Assembly (NCBI GenBank): GCA_016290195.1
Contig: JAEETF010000025.1
Coordinates: 1-45,164, forward strand
Direction of reading: 5' to 3'
Length of the DNA stretch: 45,164 nucleotides
From: Bacilli bacterium
GTDB lineage: Bacteria; Bacillota_I; Bacilli_A; RF39; UBA660
The notes under the pieces were generated by a model. That model saw nothing but the letters and a program-made list of their open reading frames with translations. It was not told the DNA's origin and did no database searches. Each line of letters starts with the position of its first letter. Positions within the stretch are counted from its first letter, which is position 1. The position numbers and the translations under genes are program-made. Of this stretch, positions 1 to 8,759 are shown one piece after another.

Positions 1-1100
1 ACCTCCTCTATTTCAATCATTCCATTATTAATTTTAAACAACTTAGAATTTTTAATAATACTATCATCAATATTTTTTAAATCAGTTGTTGTTATTATTG
101 TTTGTATATCCTGATTAATATATTTTAATAACTTATTTTTTTTCTCATCATCTAATTCACTAAATACATCATCTAATAATAATATAGGAATATCTTTCTT
201 TTCTTCTTCAAATATTTTTATTTCCGATAATTTATGAGCTAAAATTGCCATTCTTTGTTGTCCTTGTGAACCAAATTCTTTTAAATTATTATTCTCTATT
301 ACATAAATATAATCATCTTTATGAACACCGTATAAAGTACTGCCACTTCTTATTTCTTCCTTATAATTTTTTTTAAACAATTCTAACATTTCTTCTTTAT
401 AATTAAACTTCATTTCAAAATTTGGTTTATAAATTATTTTGAATTTATCATAATTACTTATTTCTTTATATATATTTGTACATATATTATTTATTTTTTC
501 AAAATACTTTTTTCTATATCTATATATAATTTCCGATTTATCAATTAAATAACTAGTAACAATATTAAAGTAATTAATATCAATACTTAAATTTAATTTC
601 AATTTTTTTAAGTAATCATTTCTTATTTTTAATAATTTATTATAATCATTTAAAGCAATAATATATTCATTATATAACTGACTAAGTTCAATATTTAAAA
701 ATCTTCTACGATCACCAGGTGTACCTTTAATTAAATTTAAATCTTCTGGATAAAAAATAATAATACTAGAATCTTTTATATAATCATTTATTTTTCTTAT
801 TTTTTGATTATTTATTTCAAGATTCTTACCTTTTTCATTTATTAATATATTTTGCTCTTTATCCAAAATATCACTTTTAAACTTTCCAGTTATTTTTAAA
901 AACTCTTCACCACTCTTTATAAGATTATTATCAACGTATGGTCTATGTGATTTTGTTAAACATAAAACAAAGATTCCTTCAAGTATATTTGTTTTTCCTT
1001 GTGCATTATCTCCATAAATAATATTTAATTTTGGAGAAAAAGATATATCAAGATGTTTATAATTTCTAAAATTTATTAATTCTAAATTCTTTAAAATCAT
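1..1100 (-). CDS. recF: DNA replication/repair protein RecF (3' end runs off window)
   Basis: Not in ORF track; manual translation from ATG at 1100 gives MILKNLELINFRNYKHLDISFSPKLNIIYGDNAQGKTNILE (FRNY + Walker A), later GSQGQQR and LLDDVFSELD; the same frame reads GMIEIEE at the window edge; canonical position near dnaA/dnaN. Confidence 0.95.
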   Translation of the reverse strand, partial: MILKNLELINFRNYKHLDISFSPKLNIIYGDNAQGKTNILEGIFVLCLTKSHRPYVDNNLIKSGEEFLKITGKFKSDILDKEQNILINEKGKNLEINNQKIRKINDYIKDSSIIIFYPEDLNLIKGTPGDRRRFLNIELSQLYNEYIIALNDYNKLLKIRNDYLKKLKLNLSIDINYFNIVTSYLIDKSEIIYRYRKKYFEKINNICTNIYKEISNYDKFKIIYKPNFEMKFNYKEEMLELFKKNYKEEIRSGSTLYGVHKDDYIYVIENNNLKEFGSQGQQRMAILAHKLSEIKIFEEEKKDIPILLLDDVFSELDDEKKNKLLKYINQDIQTIITTTDLKNIDDSIIKNSKLFKINNGMIEIEE

Positions 1101-1143
1101 AAAAAATTAATTTTAAGCACAAATAAGAAAAAAAACAGTACAT
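1066..1143 (-). CDS. putative 25-aa upstream ORF overlapping the recF start out of frame
   Basis: AGGAGG SD 7 nt before ATG; translates MYCFFSYLCLKLIFYDFKEFRINKF*; preceded by TGaTATAAT. Confidence 0.3.
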   Translation of the reverse strand: MYCFFSYLCLKLIFYDFKEFRINKF

Positions 1144-1168
1144 ATCGTGTCCTCCTACATACAAATAT

Positions 1169-1177
1169 ATTATATCA
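1169..1177 (-). promoter_or_regulatory. extended -10 promoter (TGaTATAAT) upstream of recF
   Basis: TG-N-TATAAT on minus strand just downstream of the comK terminator. Confidence 0.55.
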
Positions 1178-1199
1178 TAAAATGAGGTATTTTTGTACT

Positions 1200-1225
1200 A
1201 AAAAAATAGGTATTACCCTATTTTT
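1200..1225 (-). terminator. intrinsic terminator after comK
   Basis: AAAAATAGG/CCTATTTTT inverted repeat over the stop codon, U-tract on minus strand. Confidence 0.55.
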
Positions 1226-1662
1226 CTTTTTCTTAAAATTGAATCCAACCTAGTAGCTCGCATTATTTGATTTTCAAGAACATTAAATGACACATCTAAT
1301 TCAAGCTTATAACCATTATAAAATACCAAATTAGCTTTCTTTTCACATCTTTTATATTCCATTATATTATTTAATGATATCCAAGAACAATTAGTAATTC
1401 TTGGTGATGCTGTTGGAAAAAAAATCATATTTGTTGATTCTTCAATTATAATTGGTGATTTATAAGAAATACCTGTTAATCTTTTAGTACCTTCATATCT
1501 TCCATTATAAGAACTTCCAAAATAACTACAACTATTCTCTATTATTTTCATAGCTGGTGTATTTACTATAAAATCTCTTTCTTTTTCAATTATTCTTGAA
1601 TTATTTTCATCAATGGCAATTACTGCTAATGTTGAATTATTTACTTCATAAATTTCTTCCAT
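1213..1662 (-). CDS. comK: competence transcription factor ComK family protein
   Basis: IIENSCSYFGSSYNGRYEGTK...YKSPIIIEE...IFFPTASP...CSWIS matches the ComK family pattern (C.YFGSSY.GR..G..; K.PI; FFPT.SP; WI). Confidence 0.85.
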   Translation of the reverse strand: MEEIYEVNNSTLAVIAIDENNSRIIEKERDFIVNTPAMKIIENSCSYFGSSYNGRYEGTKRLTGISYKSPIIIEESTNMIFFPTASPRITNCSWISLNNIMEYKRCEKKANLVFYNGYKLELDVSFNVLENQIMRATRLDSILRKRKIG

Positions 1663-1753
1663 AAATTTTCCCCCTTAAATATATAATTCCAAAAAATTAC
1701 ATATTTCCCTACTTATATCATAAATTTTTGTCAAAATTTGATACTTTTTGTTG

Positions 1754-1779
1754 AAAAAAAAGAACTTTAATAAGTTCTT
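1754..1779 (-). terminator. intrinsic terminator after dnaN
   Basis: AAGAACTT-taat-AAGTTCTT hairpin with 8-U tract on minus strand. Confidence 0.6.
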
Positions 1780-2888
1780 ATAGGTAAAATTAATTCAATT
1801 AGATCTTGATTATCACTACTCTTTATTATTATAGGTTTTACTTCTCCATTAAAACAAATAATAACATCATCAGCAGTAAATGCTTTTAAAGCATCCATCA
1901 TATACTTAGAACTAAATGAAATTTTTATATTTTCTTTATTATTTTTCTTTACAATTATATTTTCCTCTACATTACCTATTTCAGGTATATTAGATGAAAT
2001 TTTTATTTTATCATCAAATGTTTCAAGATTAATTGTATTTTTATCATCTTGATTTGTTAATAAAGAAGCTCTATCAAGTGCTGTATATAATTCATTTAAA
2101 TTTAATGATACTTCAAGCATGAATTCTGTTGGTATTAATTTTGCTGTATCTGGATATGTCCCATTTATTAATGTAGTCATCATTATTATATTATCAAATT
2201 TAAATATAACTTTATTATTAAATATATGCATTTCTATATCTTCTTCATTATCATTAATTAATTTAACTAATTCATTTAAATTTTTTGTAGGAATAATTAT
2301 ATTAATTAAATTTTCCACATTACAATTTAATTTTATAGTTTTTTTAGATAATCTATAGGAATCAGTTGCTACACATTCCATTACATCATTTTCTATTTTA
2401 AAATTAATTCCTGTTAAAACTGGTCTAGATTCTTGAGTAGATGCTGCAAAAGATGTTTGATTTATTATATTTTTAAATATTCTTCTATCAATACATATTG
2501 GATTTTTACTAACATCTAGATTTAAATCTGGAAAGTCATTAACATTATTACAATTTAAATTAAATGAAGAATTATCATTATATATATATAACTTTGAATC
2601 AACTACTTCTTCAAGATTTACTAAATTGTTAGGCATTTTTCTTATTATTTCATAAATATATTTACCAGATACAACAATAGATCCTGTTTCTACTATTTCT
2701 TCTATTTCTTGTCTTGGTATAAAAGTTTTAATAGCTATTTCATTATCTGTACTCATTAAATATAATCCATCACTTGTTAAATCCATTTTAATACAGTTTA
2801 GAATAGGAATTAAATTTTTAGTAGATACCCCTTTTATTACATAATTTAAATGTTCCATCAATTTTGATTGTTTAATTTTTAATTTCAT
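1767..2888 (-). CDS. dnaN: DNA polymerase III beta sliding clamp
   Basis: 373 aa; SRPVLTG, ATDSYRL, GTYPD, C-terminal LILPIRTY; downstream of dnaA. Confidence 0.98.
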   Translation of the reverse strand: MKLKIKQSKLMEHLNYVIKGVSTKNLIPILNCIKMDLTSDGLYLMSTDNEIAIKTFIPRQEIEEIVETGSIVVSGKYIYEIIRKMPNNLVNLEEVVDSKLYIYNDNSSFNLNCNNVNDFPDLNLDVSKNPICIDRRIFKNIINQTSFAASTQESRPVLTGINFKIENDVMECVATDSYRLSKKTIKLNCNVENLINIIIPTKNLNELVKLINDNEEDIEMHIFNNKVIFKFDNIIMMTTLINGTYPDTAKLIPTEFMLEVSLNLNELYTALDRASLLTNQDDKNTINLETFDDKIKISSNIPEIGNVEENIIVKKNNKENIKISFSSKYMMDALKAFTADDVIICFNGEVKPIIIKSSDNQDLIELILPIRTY

Positions 2889-3023
2889 ATATATTCTCCT
2901 TTATTTTTTAATATTATTATTATTATTGTGGAAAATGTGGAAAACTTTTATTTTTTATTTATTTATAATACTTAATCCAAAATAATAATATACATTATAT
3001 TGTGTAAAAAAAATTTTTTTCAA
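2889..3023. promoter_or_regulatory. oriC unwinding half (dnaA-dnaN intergenic): tandem DnaA boxes plus DnaA-trio-like repeats
   Basis: TGTGGAAAA at 2927-2935 and 2936-2944, TGTGTAAAA at 3001-3009; (TAT)5 run at 2912-2926 abutting the box pair; AT-rich. Confidence 0.8.
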
Positions 3024-4373
3024 CTATTTTATTTGATTAATAATCTTTTTAATAACTAATTCTAGATTATTATCTTTTTTTATAGCTTTTTTAATTTTAT
3101 CAACAGAGTGCATAACTGTTGTATGGTCTTTTCCACCAAATTCCATACCTATTTTTGGATAAGATTCTTCACAAGCAACTCTACATATATACATTGCTAC
3201 TTGTCTTGGGCCAGCAATACTAGCATTTCTTTTTTTACTTTTTAAATCATCTATTGAAATATTGTAAGCATCAGCAACTAATTGTTGAACCATATCTATT
3301 TTATTTTTAGATATTATAGTTTTAACAAAATAATCTTTTAAAGCTTCTATTGTTAATTCTAAATCAATATTTACTCCACCCTTCATTGCTGAATAAGCAA
3401 CAACTCTGGTAATGGCCCCTTCCAATTTTCGAACATCACTATCGCAGTTACTAGCAATATAGTTTTTAACATCTTTAGGAATATCACTAACCATTGCATT
3501 TCCTTCAATTTTTTTCTCAATGATATGAAGTCTAAGTTCAAAATCAGGTGGTAATATATTTGTGGTTATTCCCCAGTGAAATCTAGTTTGTAATCTTTCC
3601 TCAAGAGCTTTTAAATCATCTGGTGAACGATCGGATGTAATTATAATTTGTTTATTACTTCCATGAAGCTCATTAAATGTGTTGAAAAATTCTTGCTGAG
3701 CTTTGTTAGCTATTTGAAGATATTGAATGTCATCAATCATTAATACATCAATATCTCGATATTTTGATTTAAAATATTTAACATCATTTATATTATCGTT
3801 TTCTTTGTTCTTACGATATAAATCAATAAAATCATTAACAAATTGTTCACTTGTTACATATAATACTTTCTTTTTTGAATTTTTTATAATATAGTTACCA
3901 ATTGCGTGCATTAAATGTGTTTTACCAAGTCCACTTTTTCCATATATAAATAACGGATTGTACATCATACCTGGTTTTTCTGCAACCGCAAGAGCAACAG
4001 TATGGGCAAATTTATTACTATCCCCTACTATAAAATTATCAAACGTATATTGTGGTTTTAAATTATTTTCATATGTATTTGATGGAATACCAATATTACT
4101 AGTATCAATTTCCACATTTTGCTCTATTTCATCATCTATATAGTATTCAAATTGAAAATTAGAACCTGCTACACTAGCAAAGTTTTCCACAATAAAGTCA
4201 TTATAGTTTTCTTTTAAATGTTTCTTATGAATATGCATAGGAACTATAACTTTAGCAATTCCATCATTTAATGAATGTAATTTTGTTTCACTAAACCATG
4301 TTTCAAAAAGCATAGGTGCTATTTCATCTTTTATTTTATCTAAGAAAGATTGCCATATTACATTTAAGTCCAT
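3024..4373 (-). CDS. dnaA: chromosomal replication initiator DnaA
   Basis: YTFDNF, NPLFIYGKSGLGKTHL, IDDIQ, ITSDR, GGKDHTTV. Confidence 0.99.
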   Translation of the reverse strand: MDLNVIWQSFLDKIKDEIAPMLFETWFSETKLHSLNDGIAKVIVPMHIHKKHLKENYNDFIVENFASVAGSNFQFEYYIDDEIEQNVEIDTSNIGIPSNTYENNLKPQYTFDNFIVGDSNKFAHTVALAVAEKPGMMYNPLFIYGKSGLGKTHLMHAIGNYIIKNSKKKVLYVTSEQFVNDFIDLYRKNKENDNINDVKYFKSKYRDIDVLMIDDIQYLQIANKAQQEFFNTFNELHGSNKQIIITSDRSPDDLKALEERLQTRFHWGITTNILPPDFELRLHIIEKKIEGNAMVSDIPKDVKNYIASNCDSDVRKLEGAITRVVAYSAMKGGVNIDLELTIEALKDYFVKTIISKNKIDMVQQLVADAYNISIDDLKSKKRNASIAGPRQVAMYICRVACEESYPKIGMEFGGKDHTTVMHSVDKIKKAIKKDNNLELVIKKIINQIK

Positions 4374-4798
4374 ATCCTCACCTACTAACTAACTCACAAT
4401 TTCATTTTACCTTAAATTTAAACAAAAAACAAACAAAATGTGGAAAAAAATTAAAAAAATAAAAATTTCCACAATAAAAAAGTATAAAAAAATAGTAAAA
4501 GTGCAAAAAAAAATAGAAATACACATAGTTATACACATCTAAAATTACTTATTTTTATTAAATTTTTTAAATTATTAACAATAGTTGTGGAAAACTTCTA
4601 CATAATAATAAACAATGTTATAATTTTTTCCACAATATATGTGTATAAATTAAAAAGAATAGAAAAAATAATTAAAAAATAATGTGGAAAATTAATTTTA
4701 ATTAAAAATAAAGAAAATGTTTGACATTTAGTATATTTATATATATAATTAAACAAGTAAACAAATGAATTTGAATTTTAGTACAGGAGGTGTCTTGA
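4374..4798. promoter_or_regulatory. oriC upstream half / dnaA-rpmH divergent promoter region with DnaA-box cluster
   Basis: TTTTCCACA-type boxes at 4439-4447, 4586-4594, 4626-4634, 4683-4691; ATTTCCACA 4465-4473; TTATACACA-type at 4529-4537 and 4640-4648; gene orientation flips here; candidate dnaA promoter TTGTTT-17-TAAAAT (minus, 4432-4404). Confidence 0.85.
4721..4749 (+). promoter_or_regulatory. consensus sigma-A promoter of rpmH operon
   Basis: TTGACA-17 bp-TATAAT. Confidence 0.85.
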
Positions 4799-4921
4799 AT
4801 GAAAAGAACTTATCAACCAAATAATAGAAAAAAATCTAAAAAAATGGGTTTTTTAGCGAGAATGGAAACAAAAATAATTAATAGTCGTCGTCGTAAAGGA
4901 CGTAAAGTTTTATCTCATTAA
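4799..4921 (+). CDS. rpmH: 50S ribosomal protein L34 (40 aa)
   Basis: Not in ORF track; AGGAGG SD; [40 protein letters not shown]; divergent from dnaA, upstream of rnpA. Confidence 0.97.
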   Translation: MKRTYQPNNRKKSKKMGFLARMETKIINSRRRKGRKVLSH

Positions 4922-4928
4922 TTAAAAG

Positions 4929-4952
4929 AACGTCACTGATTGGTGACGTTTT
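4929..4952 (+). terminator. stem-loop/partial terminator between rpmH and rnpA
   Basis: AACGTCAC-tgattg-GTGACGTT followed by TT. Confidence 0.5.
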
Positions 4953-4975
4953 AATCTTAATTAGGAGTGAATAAT

Positions 4976-5332
4976 ATGAAAAAAATTAATATAATTAAAA
5001 AGAATGATGAATTTACTCGTATTATAAAAAATAATAGATCATTTAAATCAAAATACTTTATTATTTATGTGGAAAAAACTGAAGAAGAAATTTATCATTT
5101 TGGATTGTCAGTAGGTAAAAAAGTAGGCAATGCTGTTACGAGAAATAAAGAAAAAAGAAGAATTAAATCTATTTTAGATAAATTTATCTTTAAAAAAGGC
5201 TTTAATTGTATTATAATTGTGAAGAGGGAAATAGTAGATAAATCTTTCAAAGAAATGGAAGAAGATTTGATATTTGCTATTAAAAAATTAGATATAATAA
5301 AGGAGAGTAAAGATGAAGAAAAAAAGTATTAA
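4976..5332 (+). CDS. rnpA: ribonuclease P protein component
   Basis: IKKNDEF, FGLSVGKKVGNAVTRNKEKRR (RNR-like motif); start set at ATG 4976 after GGAGTGA. Confidence 0.95.
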   Translation: MKKINIIKKNDEFTRIIKNNRSFKSKYFIIYVEKTEEEIYHFGLSVGKKVGNAVTRNKEKRRIKSILDKFIFKKGFNCIIIVKREIVDKSFKEMEEDLIFAIKKLDIIKESKDEEKKY

Positions 5333-6248
5333 AGTATTAGTATTATTTGCATTATTATTAACATTAACAGGATGTACAAAATATATAAAAAATGATGGCA
5401 AAGTAGTAAAAAATCCAGAAACAGGACAAAGTTTACCACAAAATATTTTATGCCAAGTAGAAGATGAGAAAACTATAGAAATATATAAAGAAAATGGCAT
5501 CAATATGGAAGATTATCCAAAATGTAGTGAATTTAAAGTTACTAGTGGTGGATATGATGGTAGTTTATTCTCAGCCATATTTGTAAAACCACTTGCATGG
5601 TTAATAATTAAATTTGGTATTCTTTTTAAAAACTATGGTGTAGCAATTATACTTGTTACTTTATTAATAAGATTAGCTATGTATCCAATGACAAAGAAAA
5701 CTGCTATGCAATCTGAAAAGATGAAATATGCGCAAAAAGAATTATCAAATTTGGAAGCAAAATATAAAGATAAAAAAGATCAACAAAGTATGATGCAAAA
5801 GAGTCAAGAAATGATGATTATATATAAAAAATATAATATAAATCCTATTTCTGGTTGTTTATTTGCATTAATACAAATTCCACTTTTCTTTTCATTCTAT
5901 GAAGCAATGAATCGTTTACCAGCAATTTTTGAAGAGAATTTCTTAGGTTTCCAACTAGGAACAAGTCCATTAACAGCTATTCAAAATGGAAAATATTATT
6001 ACATTATATTTGTTGTTTTAGTGGCAGTAGCAACTTTCTATTCATTTAAATTGAATAGTGGTGCAAGTATGTCACCAGATCAAGCAAAACAAATGAAAAT
6101 GTTCTCAAAAATTTCAGTAGTTATGATTACAGTTGCAGCTATTACAATGTCAGTTGGTATTCAATTATACTGGATATTCAATAGTACATTCACAATAGCC
6201 CAAAATTTATTAGTAAAAAGGATGAAGAAAAATGTTGTTATTAAATAA
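5313..6248 (+). CDS. yidC: membrane protein insertase YidC/SpoIIIJ (lipoprotein signal)
   Basis: lipobox LLTLTGC; NYGVAIILVTLLIRL, NPISGCL..LIQIP, LYW; follows rnpA. Confidence 0.95.
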   Translation: MKKKSIKVLVLFALLLTLTGCTKYIKNDGKVVKNPETGQSLPQNILCQVEDEKTIEIYKENGINMEDYPKCSEFKVTSGGYDGSLFSAIFVKPLAWLIIKFGILFKNYGVAIILVTLLIRLAMYPMTKKTAMQSEKMKYAQKELSNLEAKYKDKKDQQSMMQKSQEMMIIYKKYNINPISGCLFALIQIPLFFSFYEAMNRLPAIFEENFLGFQLGTSPLTAIQNGKYYYIIFVVLVAVATFYSFKLNSGASMSPDQAKQMKMFSKISVVMITVAAITMSVGIQLYWIFNSTFTIAQNLLVKRMKKNVVIK

Positions 6249-6852
6249 GTATGTATATGAAGAAAAAAATTTAGATAAAGCTTTTGAAAAATTTGAACAA
6301 GAAACAAATTTAACAAAGGAAGATGTATTATATACATCAACAGAAGAAAAAGGTGGATTATTAAAATCTTCTAAAGTAATATTAGAAATTGTTAAAAAAG
6401 GAGATTTAATTAGTTTTATAAAAGATTATTTTGATAATCTTGCAAATGGATTAAATATTCAAATTAATACTGAAATAAATATTGAAGAAGATATTATTAA
6501 TATTAATTTAAGTTCTAATGATGCATCTGCCTTAATAGGTAAAAATGGTAAAATGTTAAATTCATTACAAGTATTATTAAGAAAAATGATTGAAGTAAAT
6601 ACAAATGTAAGTCTAAAAATTAATTTAGATGTGGAAAACTATAAGAAAAGAAAAATTAGTTATTTAGAACGTGATATTAAGAAAATAATTAAAGAAGTTT
6701 TAAGAACAAAAGTAGATGTTAAATTAGATCCAATGAATTCTTATGAAAGAAGAATAGTTCATAATTTAGTGAGTAATTATGGACAATTAACATCTGAAAG
6801 TGAAGGCGAAAGTCCAAACAGATGTGTTGTAATCAAATATATTGAAGGATAA
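6232..6852 (+). CDS. jag: Jag/KhpB/EloR RNA-binding protein (KH + R3H)
   Basis: EEKGGLL, LIGKNGKML (KH GxxG), PMNSYERRIVH (R3H), SEGESPNR; follows yidC. Confidence 0.92.
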   Translation: MLLLNKYVYEEKNLDKAFEKFEQETNLTKEDVLYTSTEEKGGLLKSSKVILEIVKKGDLISFIKDYFDNLANGLNIQINTEINIEEDIININLSSNDASALIGKNGKMLNSLQVLLRKMIEVNTNVSLKINLDVENYKKRKISYLERDIKKIIKEVLRTKVDVKLDPMNSYERRIVHNLVSNYGQLTSESEGESPNRCVVIKYIEG

Positions 6853-6869
6853 GCATCGCTTATTCTTTT
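6844..6869 (+). terminator. intrinsic terminator after jag
   Basis: GAAGGATAAGC-atc-GCTTATTCTTT hairpin. Confidence 0.5.
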
Positions 6870-6885
6870 ATTTAGGAGGAAAAAA

Positions 6886-7392
6886 ATGTCTAAAAATATT
6901 AATCTAGATAATGATTATTATGAGATTGTAAAAGATATTATAGAAACAGATGAATTTAAAAAAAGAAAAAATTATCGCCATCATGGTGAAATAAGTGTTT
7001 ATGAACATTCATTAAGTGTATCTATATGCTCATATAATTTTGCACGAAAAATTAATTCTATTTTTAGAAGAGAAATAGTAAATGAAAATAATATGGCAAT
7101 AGCTGGGATTTTGCACGATTTTTATTATAATGATTATACAAAATCTAAAGAAAAAAAGAGTTTGTTTAAAAAACATGGATTTGTGCATGCAAGAGAAGCA
7201 TTGGAAAATTCAAGAGAAAAATTTCCACAATATATGAATGATCATATTGAAAATACAATTTTAAGACATATGTTTCCTTTAAATATTACACCTCCTAAAT
7301 ATATTGAAGGCTGGATAATTGTCTTTGTTGATAAAATAGTATCTTTAGAAGTTTTTCCATACTTAATAAAAAAATTAGTAAGGAGTATATAA
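6886..7392 (+). CDS. HD-domain phosphohydrolase
   Basis: HHGEISVYEHS, GILHDF, HGFVH, RHMFPL, VDK metal-binding pattern. Confidence 0.8.
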   Translation: MSKNINLDNDYYEIVKDIIETDEFKKRKNYRHHGEISVYEHSLSVSICSYNFARKINSIFRREIVNENNMAIAGILHDFYYNDYTKSKEKKSLFKKHGFVHAREALENSREKFPQYMNDHIENTILRHMFPLNITPPKYIEGWIIVFVDKIVSLEVFPYLIKKLVRSI

Positions 7393-7393
7393 T

Positions 7394-8743
7394 ATGGATG
7401 ATACAATAGCTGCGATTTCAACATCATCTGGTGTTGGAGCAATTTCGATAATTAGAATAAGTGGTAAAAATTCTATTGAAATAGTAAATAATATAACAAA
7501 CATAGATTTATTAAAAAAAGAAAGTCATACTATTAATTATGGCTTTATTTATGATAAAGAAATAATGATTGATGAAGTATTAATAACAATAATGAAAGCT
7601 CCAAAAACTTTTACAAAGGAAGATGTTGTAGAAATTAATTGTCATGGTGGAGTAGCAGTAACTAACAAAATATTAGAAATACTATTAGAAAATGGATGTC
7701 GTCTAGCAGAACCAGGTGAATTTTCAAAACGTGCATTTTTAAATGGAAGAATAGATTTATTAGAAGCAGAAGGTATTATGGATATGTTAAATGCTAAAAA
7801 TGAATCAGCTCGCCGTTTAGCCATGAATAATATTAATGGTAATTTATCAACTAAAATAAGAAATATAAGAGAAAAATTAATTCAAATGTCAGCAAATATA
7901 AGTGTTAATATTGATTATCCAGAATATGATGATGTTAAAGAAGTAACAAATGATAATATTTTAGCTGAATTAAATGAAGTTGAAATAAAAATTAATGAAT
8001 TAATAAAAGAAAGTAAAAATGGTCAAATTATAAAAAATGGTATTAATACTGTTATTATAGGAAAACCAAATGTAGGTAAGAGTAGTTTACTTAATTTATT
8101 ACTTGACGAAGATAAAGCAATAGTAACTGATATTCCTGGTACAACAAGAGATATAGTAGAGGGAAATATTAATTTTGATGGTATTTTATTAAATATAATA
8201 GATACTGCTGGAATAAGAGAAACTGAAGATATTGTTGAAAGCATTGGTGTAAAAAAAAGTTTAGAATATATTGATAAAGGTGATTTAATAATTTATTTAT
8301 TAAATAATAATGATGAATTAACTAATGAAGATTATGAAATATTAGAAAAAATAAAAAATAAAAATCATATAATTCTTATTAATAAAATAGATTTAGATAA
8401 TAAATTAGATAAATCAAAAATAAATGAAGAATATATTGAAATAAGCGTAAAAGAAAAAATAGGTCTTGAAAAATTAAAAAATACTATTAGAAAAATGTAT
8501 GAACTTGAGAAAATTGAAAATAGTGATTATACATATTTATCTAATGTTAAAGATATAAACAATTTAAAAGAATGTTTAAATTTAATTAAAAGTATAAAAG
8601 AAAATATAGAAAATGATATGCCAATTGATATTATTGATATAGATATTAAACATATTTGGGAAATACTTGGTTTAATAACTGGTGATACATATGATGAAGA
8701 ATTTTTGGATGAGTTATTTAGCCGTTTTTGCCTAGGTAAATAA
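7394..8743 (+). CDS. mnmE: tRNA modification GTPase MnmE (TrmE)
   Basis: DTIAAIST, GKPNVGKSS, GTTRD, DTAG, NKID, C-terminal FCLGK. Confidence 0.99.
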   Translation: MDDTIAAISTSSGVGAISIIRISGKNSIEIVNNITNIDLLKKESHTINYGFIYDKEIMIDEVLITIMKAPKTFTKEDVVEINCHGGVAVTNKILEILLENGCRLAEPGEFSKRAFLNGRIDLLEAEGIMDMLNAKNESARRLAMNNINGNLSTKIRNIREKLIQMSANISVNIDYPEYDDVKEVTNDNILAELNEVEIKINELIKESKNGQIIKNGINTVIIGKPNVGKSSLLNLLLDEDKAIVTDIPGTTRDIVEGNINFDGILLNIIDTAGIRETEDIVESIGVKKSLEYIDKGDLIIYLLNNNDELTNEDYEILEKIKNKNHIILINKIDLDNKLDKSKINEEYIEISVKEKIGLEKLKNTIRKMYELEKIENSDYTYLSNVKDINNLKECLNLIKSIKENIENDMPIDIIDIDIKHIWEILGLITGDTYDEEFLDELFSRFCLGK

Positions 8744-8759
8744 AGAAGAAGGTGTCATA

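Noticed and set aside
1663-1766. ComK AT-boxes (AAAA-N5-TTTT) upstream of comK
   Set aside because: No properly spaced pair seen; such motifs are uninformative at this AT content
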